A stretch of 64,000 nt of DNA from Fibrobacterales bacterium (GCA_051532035.1 JAOPTW010000013.1:61878-125877); one strand, 5' to 3'; shown: positions 9,387 to 18,606, numbered from the stretch's first letter. Numbers and translations: made by a program. Notes: generated by a model from the letters alone, not told the origin.

Positions 9387-10325
9387 TTATTGTCGTTTAT
9401 CAATACGAGTGGATTGACTGCCACAACTATTAGCGCACACTTGCTGCCCATATGAATCGGTGATACAATCTGATACACAATGTATATCACAAGAGTCGGG
9501 GCAATTCCATTTGGAGTAGGTGCTACATTCGTATACACAGTAAGGCGATTCATCACATCCATTTTCATCGATGCCATTTTTAACAACTCCATCTTCACAC
9601 CACCCATCAGGACGGGGCGCATAATCGGGACAGTCATATTGTAAAATGGTAAATTCTGTATTATCAATTGCATCAATACCATCTACATCTACCCCAGGTG
9701 GTATATGGAGTTTATACACGATCGAGCTTGGGAAGGAGTACGTTGAGTCATACTCAATTATAATGCTGTCTACATATACCTCATGCGCTTGTATCCGTGT
9801 CGCTTCTTGTATAAGGCTACTGAATAATGAGTCAAGTGAATATTGTTTGGTGGTGTCTTCAAAAGGCAATCCATCATTATATGTTAGGGTTATGGTACCT
9901 TTATTGTTGTAAATCAGAGGACTGTCGTCTATAAAGCCTGCGGTATTACGCTTGTATGAGTAATTGTCAGGCTCTTGTTCGCGGAACTTTATGCGCATCA
10001 TTTTGAGTTTGTCTAAATCGAGGAGTGGTTTGTCGGGATCGTATTTAGTGGTATCTGAATGAATCAATCCGAGAGGTGTTTCACCTTCAGAATCGCTAGA
10101 CTCGTCAGACCCAATAGAAGAGGAAGAGTTTTTGGTTTTGGTATCTGAAGAAGTTTCGGTTATTTCAGAGGATTCAATCGTACTTATTTCGGCAGAACTT
10201 GAGCTGTTTGATGGTGAACTACTTGAGCTTGATATATCATTGGCTAATTCTGTCTCGCTTGGTGTGGCCAAACAAGCTTGAAATAAAAAAGAAGCCACTA
10301 GTATGGATAACATATATTGTATCAT
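9387..10325 (-). CDS. Secreted lipoprotein with poly-Ser linker and Cys-rich C-terminus, function unknown
   Basis: The preferred start is the internal ATG at 10325, preceded by GGAGGG. It gives MIQYMLSILVASFLFQAC (lipobox). An SSSSSSPSNSSSS linker follows, and 11 Cys fall in the last ~75 aa. Confidence 0.6.
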   Translation of the reverse strand: MIQYMLSILVASFLFQACLATPSETELANDISSSSSSPSNSSSSAEISTIESSEITETSSDTKTKNSSSSIGSDESSDSEGETPLGLIHSDTTKYDPDKPLLDLDKLKMMRIKFREQEPDNYSYKRNTAGFIDDSPLIYNNKGTITLTYNDGLPFEDTTKQYSLDSLFSSLIQEATRIQAHEVYVDSIIIEYDSTYSFPSSIVYKLHIPPGVDVDGIDAIDNTEFTILQYDCPDYAPRPDGWCEDGVVKNGIDENGCDESPYCVYECSTYSKWNCPDSCDIHCVSDCITDSYGQQVCANSCGSQSTRIDKRQ

Positions 10326-10518
10326 AAACCCTCCAAAAGCATATACGTTAATTATAGTTCCTGCAGCTAAAAAACAGATAATTCGAATGGTTACAGAGGG
10401 TAATTGTGCTCTCATCTTGTGAGCATAAATAATATATCGTGACCATTTTGGAGAAGCTACGGCAGCTAATAATGGGGTGTATACCTTCGGTATATGGTTC
10501 AAATTTTGAGCCTACCCT

Positions 10519-10949
10519 TTGATGCAAGCTGCGATATTTGAAATGTACCGGTGCGTAAAACCGGGAGGGTCATTGATATTCTCAACATTTGATATTGCAG
10601 CATTTATGCCTTATACTGATCTCTTCTTTGATAGAATTGAACAGTATGGAGTTGACGCGCCAACCTCTTCAAAAGCACTGTTGTCAGACGAAATTGCTAT
10701 TCAACAACTGTGTGACACGATTCCATATAAGGCACTTGCGTTAGAAAACGAGGTATTTCTTATGCAATAACTAAAGATGAATGGTGGGCACAGCTTATGA
10801 ATGCCGGATACAAGGGCCTCATAAATCAATTATCACCCGGATCTCTCCAACAATTCAAAAAAGAGCATTTAGCTGAAGTTGCCGTTGCACAAGATGGGGA
10901 TTCTCTCTGGCTCGTGGCGGATTCGTGGTATTGTAAGGTTATGAAGTAA
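10519..10949 (+). pseudogene. Remnant of a class I SAM-dependent methyltransferase: C-terminal half only, with a frameshift
   Basis: MYRCVKPGGSLIFS is the post-I/II methyltransferase motif, but motif I is absent. The frame stops at 10770. The natural continuation ITKDEWWAQLMNAGYKGLINQLSPGSLQQFKKEHLAEV...KVMK* reads on in another frame to 10949. Confidence 0.5.
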
Positions 10950-10986
10950 TTTTGGGAATTGATACTCAAAAAAGACAAAAAAAATA

Positions 10987-11012
10987 GACCCAAAAGCGAT
11001 CACTTTTGGGTC
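10987..11012 (-). terminator. Rho-independent terminator of the MORN-repeat lipoprotein gene
   Basis: GACCCAAAAG-loop-CTTTTGGGTC forms the stem. A long T-run follows on the minus strand (TATTTTTTTTGTCTTTTTTG). Confidence 0.65.
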
Positions 11013-11039
11013 AAAATCATTCTGATGATAAGTGCTGTG

Positions 11040-11954
11040 TTATTTCTTAGCTTGTGCAGCTTTCTTTGCCATCTTTTTCTGGAGTCTCACCATCTTCTTC
11101 TCTTTAGAAGTCAACCCAACAACTGGCGTTGAGCGTGGACGTTTCTTTTCATCTTCAGGGTTAAAGTAGCGTCTTTTTGAAGAGAGCTTTTCTTCTCCAT
11201 TTCTATAGCGTGCACTTTCCATAACGCGACCTTTGTAAGGACCCGATACCCAGTAGGCTACATACTTACCGTGGATTTTACCATCAGTATAGGGAATTCT
11301 TGATGAAAGTACGCCATTAAATTGACAGTCATACCAGCGTTCAGTTTTAATCTGTTTGCCTTCTTTCCAGTGTCGTTCGTGACCGATGAGATGCTTTCCG
11401 TTGTTTTTTGCATCAAAACACCACTCACTCTCTTTACCGTCTTTGTTACCCGCAATCCAACTCGTTTGGATTTTGAGTTCTCCATCGGCAAACCACTCAG
11501 ATTCAATGCCATCTTTTAGACCATTTGTGAATTGGGCCTCGTATACTTTACTGCCACTATTAGTCCATTCAGTTTTAGTGCCGGCCATTTTGCCATTTTC
11601 CCATTGGCTCACACTCTTTTCCTTACTATTGGGGTGCCACCAGATCTCTTCACCGTGCTTAACACCATTTATATAGGTGAGTTGACGCTCTTTTTTGTCT
11701 TTTGCGAACCAATAGGTAGCCACACTATCGAGGAGTCCTTCATTGTATTTTTCAATCTTCATAACAGCGCCACGACGGCTCCACTCTGTTAAGAGTCCGT
11801 GTTTAATCTCTTTCCCTGCTTCAGTTGTTTTAGTAGTGTACTGCTTTTTAATTTGACTACTATTTTTATACAACTCTTCAACAGTTGAGTTACCACATCC
11901 TATTATGAGAAAAAAGGATAACGAAATTGCAGTAGTGGCAAATGCTTTGATCAT
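11040..11954 (-). CDS. MORN-variant repeat lipoprotein with Lys-rich tail
   Basis: The internal start gives MIKAFATTAISLSFFLIIGC (lipobox). Repeated G.K.G....W..nG motifs occur (GVKHGEEIWWHPNS, NGKMAGTKTEW, NGLKDGIESEWFADG, GNKDGKESEW). Confidence 0.7.
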   Translation of the reverse strand: MIKAFATTAISLSFFLIIGCGNSTVEELYKNSSQIKKQYTTKTTEAGKEIKHGLLTEWSRRGAVMKIEKYNEGLLDSVATYWFAKDKKERQLTYINGVKHGEEIWWHPNSKEKSVSQWENGKMAGTKTEWTNSGSKVYEAQFTNGLKDGIESEWFADGELKIQTSWIAGNKDGKESEWCFDAKNNGKHLIGHERHWKEGKQIKTERWYDCQFNGVLSSRIPYTDGKIHGKYVAYWVSGPYKGRVMESARYRNGEEKLSSKRRYFNPEDEKKRPRSTPVVGLTSKEKKMVRLQKKMAKKAAQAKK

Positions 11955-12082
11955 GGTCTTCCTGTGTGTGTGTGGTGATTTGTTTGAGATTAATATATAT
12001 AAAAAATGCACCATGCGCTCTAAATGAAGCAGTTTTATCCATTATTAATTAATTTTGGGCACGTATAAGGAGGCACTCGAGC

Positions 12083-13006
12083 GTGGCACATTCAGACAGA
12101 CAAGAAAAGATAAGCATTATCCTGACCGTGATCGGCACCATTTTATTTTCGAGTAAAGTGCTTCTTGCGAAATGGGCCTATCTTCATGGCGCATCGCCAT
12201 TGACTGTGCTTATGCTCCGGATGGCATCAGCTGCTCCTTTCTACCTCGTTATCGGCATTATTGCGAGTCAGCGAGCGAAAAGTACTATCACCAAGAAGGA
12301 GTGGTTCACTCTTCTTTTCTTGGGAATCATCGGGTATTATCTATCCAGTTTTATGGACTTTACTGGTATGCAGTATATTAGCTCGGGGCTCGAGCGCATG
12401 ATACTCTACCTCTACCCTACCTTTGTCTTTATTATTTCCGTTGGTATTCTTAAACAAAAGATTACGCGAAGAGTTCTCATCGCCCTTATTATCAGTTATG
12501 CAGGCATCCTCTGTATGTTTTTTGGCGATGTCAATTTTGATAATAGTGACCAACTCTTTGGATCGCTCCTTATCGTGAGTGCAGCATTTACCTTTGCCAT
12601 ATTCCTAGTGGTTGGCGGTAAGCTCATTAAGAAAATTGGCAGTATCCGATTTACCTCGTATGCAATGCTCACTTCGGCAGTTTCTCTTATTGCTCATTTC
12701 ACCATTGCTTCACCCATTGATTTTGCTGAAATTTCGACAGAAGTACTCCTTATCGGGAGTGCTATTGGAGCAGGCTGTACGGTTCTCCCCTCTTTTATGA
12801 TCAACAGAGGCCTTGCTGAGCTCGGTCCAGAGCGAGTTTCTATTTATGGGGCTGTAGGTCCGGTTACGGTACTTATACTCGGGAGTCTGGTATATGGTGA
12901 AGCTTTTACGGCTTTAAAAATTGTGGGAGCGATACTCGTGATCCTTGGTGGAGTTACCCTTTCGGTTAAGAGGTTTGGTAAGAATAAACCCAAAGAAGTA
13001 GCCTAA
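12083..13006 (+). CDS. DMT superfamily (EamA-like) transporter
   Basis: A GTG start follows AAGGAGG. The protein has about 10 hydrophobic helices arranged in two halves. Confidence 0.8.
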   Translation: MAHSDRQEKISIILTVIGTILFSSKVLLAKWAYLHGASPLTVLMLRMASAAPFYLVIGIIASQRAKSTITKKEWFTLLFLGIIGYYLSSFMDFTGMQYISSGLERMILYLYPTFVFIISVGILKQKITRRVLIALIISYAGILCMFFGDVNFDNSDQLFGSLLIVSAAFTFAIFLVVGGKLIKKIGSIRFTSYAMLTSAVSLIAHFTIASPIDFAEISTEVLLIGSAIGAGCTVLPSFMINRGLAELGPERVSIYGAVGPVTVLILGSLVYGEAFTALKIVGAILVILGGVTLSVKRFGKNKPKEVA

Positions 13007-13352
13007 TCATTCAATGCATGCTTACCTAGGGTAAACACCACTAATTCTCTATTGTAATGCTCTATTTTACAATGCACACTGTACGACTCGGTAAATAGTT
13101 GTCTACAAAGCCCCTCTCCTCTATTAAATGAAAAGTTCTGTTGTATCTTTGCAGACAGCACTACGTTTGGGACACGCGGTTAGAAGTAGCAATACACACA
13201 CATACATATCATTGCTTTATATTGAGATACAGAGTATCCTCATTATTCACTTCTATCCAATGCTGTATTTTACTTAATGATTACTATTCTCGTTTAGTGA
13301 GATACTCTATGCATACGACGAGTGCATTACAATAATATATAAGGAGAAAACT

Positions 13353-16300
13353 TTGAAACTATTCAAAACAGTGATTGCAGCACTCTTAGTTCTGGGCATA
13401 ACAGGAGCACTCGCAAAACCCCGTCTACAGAGTTGCGGCAAAGACATCTGTGATTCAGATGGTAATGTTGTCGTATTGAGAGGCGTTGCTATTGCAGATG
13501 CAAAATTTACAGCAACAAACGTCAATACCGTAGAAGGTCATTATAGTAATGACTTAACAAACACACCGACCAATCAGCTTCGCGCTACCCTTCGTCTTGC
13601 ATCAGATGCATCAAAGGGTTGGCACTCGAACATTATTCGTATTCCAGTACATGTCGATGATATGGGATGGGGGTTCGGTGGTTGGAACAATGACCCTGAT
13701 GGTTGGACTGCATTTATTGATGCAGCTGTTGATGAATGTGTTCTCCAAGATATTTATTGTCTTATTGATTACCACTCAACCAATAACTGGAACTACTTTC
13801 TCTCAAATATAGATGCAACAAAACTATTTTGGGGATGGGCTGCCAATCGGTATGGCGACAATCCCAATGTACTCTTTGAACTTTTTAACGAGCCAGTATC
13901 TGACCTCGATAATCATGTTTGGCCAGGAGGATCATCTGGTGGCAGCATTCTTTGGGATGATTTCAAAGATGATCTCGCACAACCACTCGTAGAATATATC
14001 CGTAATGATGTCGGCGCTACCGAAACTTTTCTCGTTGTAGGCAGCCCGGTATATACTCATGAACTCTCTGGCATTAACAGCAATCCAATACAAGACCCTG
14101 CTCCTGAAGAACGTATTGGCTATGCACTCCATATTTATGGATCTCACTGGAAAGGTGACCCATCGCTCAACGCATACGTTGGATCAACCATAAATAACTT
14201 CCCTATTATAGTAACTGAATTTGGTTATGAAGTTGGCGCCCCGTGCCCTATCGAAGATTGCACCACAACTGACCCTATCGATCAGGATGCTTATGGTGTT
14301 GCTCTTAAAAATTATATTAAAGCCAATAACTTGAGCTTTACTGCTTGGGTATTTGATAATAGTTTTAGACCCATTATGTTTGAAGATGATCAGTTTACCG
14401 TATTGGCTGAAGGTCCTGGCTATATGGGACGCTACACTAAAGACTTTTTGAATGAAGAGAAAGACAACAATCAGACCTGTGATCCTTGTGACGCTCCGGG
14501 TAGACCAACTGGTTATGCGGGTGACGATCAGACTCTGTTTGATACTGATGGTGCTGCTGGTGAAGTAGTTCAATTTACAGGTGTTGCATCTGATGATGAT
14601 GGACATATTGTAAGTTATCAGTGGAAAGATAATGGCGTAACGGTTTCGACATCTCAAAACCCTGTACTTTCTCTTACTGAGGGAATTCACACTATCAGAT
14701 TGAAAATAACTGATAATGATGGTAATACTCATAGATCTTATGCTCGTATCACTATCCCATCATTTACCAATGAATCATGTGAAAACCAATTAGACAATGG
14801 CAATTTTTCTACCGGTTCTGCTGGTTGGAACAATTGGGTTGATGAGACTGGTGCAAATGCAACGTTTAGCACTGACAACAATGAACTCTATGCAAATATC
14901 GCAACTGCAGGTGCAAACTGGCAGATTCAATACTGGAACAGTACTGATATTTGGAGCAATACTCGCTATATCGTAAAATATAGTGCACGTGCGACCTCAA
15001 ATCGTGATATTGAGTTTATGATAGAGCAAGATGGTGCGCCATACGCAAGTATCAATTCACGAGTACACTCTGTGACAACCTCTATGCGTGACTACTCTCA
15101 TACGTTTACTTCAGCGAGTGCGTATACTCAAGCTAAAGTTGGTTTTAAATTTGGTGGACGCGGTACTTCTGACGTAATCATAGACAATGTAGTCTTTGCT
15201 GTTGAAAGTAGCTGTGGTAACGGTGATACAGAAAACCCAACCATTCCTTCAAACCTCTCTGCAGTACTTACCGGTACATCTGCTGCACTCCTAACTTGGA
15301 GCTCATCATCAGACAACAATGCAGTTGCTGGCTATGGTATCTATGTAAATGGTGTACTCAAAAAATCTGTTGGTCCTATCACAACGACCAGTATCACCGG
15401 GCTTGCTGTTGGTACGACCCATTCAATAACTATTGTTGCTATTGATGCTGCAAGCAACCGTTCAGCTCAGAGCGCTGCTGTTGAAATCACAACAGCGGGT
15501 GACGAAGAAGCGCCTACGGTACCAACAAATGTAAATCCTGTTGCTATGGGTCCGAATAGCGTTACGGTTACATGGGCTGCTTCAAGCGACAATATTGGTG
15601 TGGTAAGCTACGATGTTTTTGTTGATGGATTGCTTGACCAATCAGTAACTACTGCTTCGGCAACTATTGAACAACTCACTCCAGAGACTGAATATACCAT
15701 TACCGTTAAAGCAATTGATGCTGCAGGAAACCAATCAGCAGTCAGTGTTGCGGCAACCGTAACTACAGATGCTCCTGCAGACACTGAAGCGCCAACGGCA
15801 CCAACAGCTACAATTGCTACCGCAACGGGTATGTATTCAATCAACCTTGATTGGAATGTTTCAACAGATAACATTGGCGTTGTAGGCTATGATGTGTACC
15901 AAGGTAATGATTTACTCATAAGTCTTGGTACGGTAACGTCATACGAGATTACTGATCTACTACACAATAGCATGTATACTTTTTATGTTGTTGCAAAAGA
16001 TGCGGCAGGAAATATCTCTGTGGCAAGTGCTACTGCTATGGCAACCACAAATGATGATACCGAAGCACCGACTGCCCCAACATCAGTAACTACTTCGGCA
16101 ACCGGTACTACATCAATCTCTGTCTCATGGACAGCATCTACTGACAATATCGGTGTTGATGTTTATGAAATATATGTTGATGGTGTTTTGAATAAAATAG
16201 TAACAACTGCTGCTTCTACCTCAGTAACAGGTCTTACAGAAGAGACTTCTTATGTTATTACCGTGATTGCACTTGATGCAGCGGGTAACAAATCGGCAGT

Positions 16301-18059
16301 AAGTAATGCGGCTTCTGTAACCACAGATACACCTCCAGACACTGAGGCTCCAACAGCACCAACATCGACTATTGCTACCGCAACGGGCATGCATTCAATT
16401 AATCTTGAGTGGAATGCTTCATCAGACAACATTGGTGTTGTAGGGTATGATGTGTATACGCATAATGAATTACTCGTCAGTCTTGGAACAGTAACATCAT
16501 ACGAGGTTACGGGCTTACTTCATAACACACGATATGAGTATCATGTTATTGCTAAAGACGCTGCTGGAAACTTTTCTGTAGCAAGTACTATCGCTATAGC
16601 AAACACTGATACCGATACAGAAGCACCAACGGTTCCATCTTCTGTTACAGGAGAGGCAACGAGCGCTACGTCCCTATCACTATCTTGGGCAGTGTCAACA
16701 GACAATGTTGGAGTATATGGGTATAATGTATTTGTAAATGGTGTATATTCTCAGACTGTTGGTCCCGAAACTGTCGCCTCTATTCAAGGCTTGGATGAAG
16801 ATACTGAGTATGTTATTACATTAAATTCAGAAGATGCTGCGGGTAATCAATCTGCTGAAAGTACTCCAGTAGTTGTTACTACAGATGCTCAACCAACCCA
16901 AGCTGCTCTTCTTATTGAAGCAGAAGACTATTCATCTAAACATTCGTCAATTCAAACTGAAGGAACTGATGATGTTGGTGGTGGGCTTAATATTGGTTGG
17001 ATTTCTACTGATAGATGGACTGAGTACAACAATCAAACGCTCGCTGAAGGGCTTTGGAAAGTTGAAGTGAGACACGCGACTTGGAGTACAAACCGATCAA
17101 TTAATATTAAGGTTGATGGCGTAACTAAGACGAACTACACTAAAGGCAGCAGTACGTATACCGGAAGTGGCAATCAATATCAGACTTGGAAAACCGGGAC
17201 TTCTGATGTGTTTTCAATAGATAATGGTGATATCCATACCGTTAAACTCACTTTTGGTAATGGAAGCCAGAATCTTAATTGGATTCGTTTCGTACCGGTC
17301 ATTCCTGATACTGAAGCGCCAAGTACTGTTGTAGGGCTTGAGGTAACTGGCGTTACATCAAATGCAATCAGTCTTGACTGGAGTAGCGCAACTGATAATG
17401 TTGGCGTTATAGGGTATGATGTGTATCGTAATAACGTACTCTTTGCAACGACGACTAGCAGTAGTTATACCGCTGCCAGCCTTACAGCAGAAACAGCCTA
17501 CAGCTTCAAAGTTAAAGCAAAGGATGCTGAAGGTAATACCTCTGTTGCGTATAGTGCGAGCGTTACAGGAACAACTGATGCAGTACCAGCGATCAATATT
17601 TTGAACAATGGGGATTTCTCAAATGGAACATCTGATTGGATGTGTAATATCTGGGGTGGCGCAGCCTCATGTTCAGTTTCAGGTGGCGCATATACTGTAT
17701 CGATTTCTGACCCAGGAACATCTGATTGGAACATTCAGCCGTCTCAAGATAATTTTACATTACATAATGGCGTTACCTATACGTTCGCATTTGATGCCCG
17801 CGCTTCAGTGAATCGCATTGCAAAAATCAAAGTAGAGACTGATGGAAGCCCATGGAGCGATTATGCAGGTATTGGAAGTGGTTCATTGTTAGGGACAAGT
17901 ATGGCGCGTTATAGCTATACATTCACTATGACTGAAACCGCTGATGCACGTATTGTTTTTAATCTTGGTGCAACAGGTACTAACAGTGTCTCTATTGACA
18001 ACATTTGGCTTACCCAAGGGACATCTGATCCTTGTAGTGGTCAAGTTGGCTGTCCATAA
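13353..18059 (+). CDS. Secreted multidomain glycoside hydrolase: GH5 catalytic domain, PKD-like, CBM4/9-like, 6x FN3, CBM6-like, FN3, CBM4/9-like
   Basis: A TTG start follows AAGGAG and opens the signal peptide MKLFKTVIAALLVLGITGALA. GH5 acid/base VLFELFNEP and nucleophile IIVTEFG are present. Seven repeats of type DTEAPT.P...W..S.DN.GV.GY.V occur. AEDYS...GGGLNIGWIS..RWTEY is CBM6-like. Confidence 0.9.
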   Translation: MKLFKTVIAALLVLGITGALAKPRLQSCGKDICDSDGNVVVLRGVAIADAKFTATNVNTVEGHYSNDLTNTPTNQLRATLRLASDASKGWHSNIIRIPVHVDDMGWGFGGWNNDPDGWTAFIDAAVDECVLQDIYCLIDYHSTNNWNYFLSNIDATKLFWGWAANRYGDNPNVLFELFNEPVSDLDNHVWPGGSSGGSILWDDFKDDLAQPLVEYIRNDVGATETFLVVGSPVYTHELSGINSNPIQDPAPEERIGYALHIYGSHWKGDPSLNAYVGSTINNFPIIVTEFGYEVGAPCPIEDCTTTDPIDQDAYGVALKNYIKANNLSFTAWVFDNSFRPIMFEDDQFTVLAEGPGYMGRYTKDFLNEEKDNNQTCDPCDAPGRPTGYAGDDQTLFDTDGAAGEVVQFTGVASDDDGHIVSYQWKDNGVTVSTSQNPVLSLTEGIHTIRLKITDNDGNTHRSYARITIPSFTNESCENQLDNGNFSTGSAGWNNWVDETGANATFSTDNNELYANIATAGANWQIQYWNSTDIWSNTRYIVKYSARATSNRDIEFMIEQDGAPYASINSRVHSVTTSMRDYSHTFTSASAYTQAKVGFKFGGRGTSDVIIDNVVFAVESSCGNGDTENPTIPSNLSAVLTGTSAALLTWSSSSDNNAVAGYGIYVNGVLKKSVGPITTTSITGLAVGTTHSITIVAIDAASNRSAQSAAVEITTAGDEEAPTVPTNVNPVAMGPNSVTVTWAASSDNIGVVSYDVFVDGLLDQSVTTASATIEQLTPETEYTITVKAIDAAGNQSAVSVAATVTTDAPADTEAPTAPTATIATATGMYSINLDWNVSTDNIGVVGYDVYQGNDLLISLGTVTSYEITDLLHNSMYTFYVVAKDAAGNISVASATAMATTNDDTEAPTAPTSVTTSATGTTSISVSWTASTDNIGVDVYEIYVDGVLNKIVTTAASTSVTGLTEETSYVITVIALDAAGNKSAVSNAASVTTDTPPDTEAPTAPTSTIATATGMHSINLEWNASSDNIGVVGYDVYTHNELLVSLGTVTSYEVTGLLHNTRYEYHVIAKDAAGNFSVASTIAIANTDTDTEAPTVPSSVTGEATSATSLSLSWAVSTDNVGVYGYNVFVNGVYSQTVGPETVASIQGLDEDTEYVITLNSEDAAGNQSAESTPVVVTTDAQPTQAALLIEAEDYSSKHSSIQTEGTDDVGGGLNIGWISTDRWTEYNNQTLAEGLWKVEVRHATWSTNRSINIKVDGVTKTNYTKGSSTYTGSGNQYQTWKTGTSDVFSIDNGDIHTVKLTFGNGSQNLNWIRFVPVIPDTEAPSTVVGLEVTGVTSNAISLDWSSATDNVGVIGYDVYRNNVLFATTTSSSYTAASLTAETAYSFKVKAKDAEGNTSVAYSASVTGTTDAVPAINILNNGDFSNGTSDWMCNIWGGAASCSVSGGAYTVSISDPGTSDWNIQPSQDNFTLHNGVTYTFAFDARASVNRIAKIKVETDGSPWSDYAGIGSGSLLGTSMARYSYTFTMTETADARIVFNLGATGTNSVSIDNIWLTQGTSDPCSGQVGCP

Positions 18060-18090
18060 GCTCAAACTAAGATCATATCATCAATTTCAA

Positions 18091-18122
18091 GGCTCTCTCA
18101 CTCTGTGGGGGAGCCTTTTTTT
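18091..18122 (+). terminator. Rho-independent terminator of the GH5 gene
   Basis: GGCTCTCTC-7 nt-GGGGGAGCC is followed by TTTTTTT. Confidence 0.75.
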
Positions 18123-18190
18123 ATGATGCTTCGTTATTATAAATCAAAAACGTCCAAATTTTGGCCAATCTGAGCCTCAATAAGCTCTAA

Positions 18191-18208
18191 CGGTTACAGG
18201 TGTAACCG
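18191..18208. promoter_or_regulatory. 18-nt palindromic element CGGTTACAGGTGTAACCG (cassette A)
   Basis: It is the exact reverse complement of the 18-mer at 37772-37789. It is flanked by conserved blocks CAAATTTTGGCCAA (18155-18168) and AATACGGTTTTTGTTGTTC (18235-18253). Confidence 0.55.
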
Positions 18209-18367
18209 AAAAGATGCAGATTTAAGGAAGCACGAATACGGTTTTTGTTGTTCCTATCTAAATTTATATACAAGAAATGGGATAGTACACACAAATACAC
18301 TCACACCCCCATTCAATAAGGTATAGAGATGAAGATGAGAGAAATAAACACAACACGGGGATCACTA

Positions 18368-18469
18368 ATGAATCAGATTGAAGAGACTTTTATGGATGTT
18401 GTTCCATACAGTATTTTTGGATTAATGCTTTTAGGCTTATCATACGTAAGTGTAACCACTGTATTATAA
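18368..18469 (+). CDS. 33-aa hydrophobic micro-protein (cassette A). An in-frame alternative start at 18329 would give 46 aa.
   Basis: MNQIEETFMDVVPYSIFGLMLLGLSYVSVTTVL. It has the same length as the micro-ORF at 37930-38031 and 15/33 identical residues, with mostly conservative changes. It has an acidic N-terminus and one TM helix. Confidence 0.45.
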   Translation: MNQIEETFMDVVPYSIFGLMLLGLSYVSVTTVL

Positions 18470-18606
18470 ATAACATTGAAATTTGACCGTTTAAGCGGTA
18501 TACTGAACAATTAGAACACAGGAGTATTGGTTGCCATCCTATAGAAATTGCACCATATTAATCTCTATGCTATACACATGATGCAGGGTAATCAATAGGC
18601 TTTATT

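Noticed and set aside
9242-9682. 146-aa minus-strand ORF overlapping the Cys-rich lipoprotein gene
   Set aside because: It is an alternative frame of the same strand that overlaps the better-supported 9387-10325 CDS. It has no signal, no motif and no SD.
10326-10502. Upstream extensions of several track ORFs: 9387-10502, 11040-12014, 24618-27269, 45190-46821, 54380-55045 and 56296-59898
   Set aside because: In each case an internal ATG with an SD-like sequence yields a canonical signal peptide or lipobox at the N-terminus. The extensions add non-hydrophobic junk or start at TTG.
14184-14732. 182-aa minus-strand ORF inside the GH5 gene
   Set aside because: It lies entirely within a strongly supported plus-strand CDS with GH5 motifs. 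Its composition is low-complexity and Ile/Arg-rich, typical of an antisense frame.
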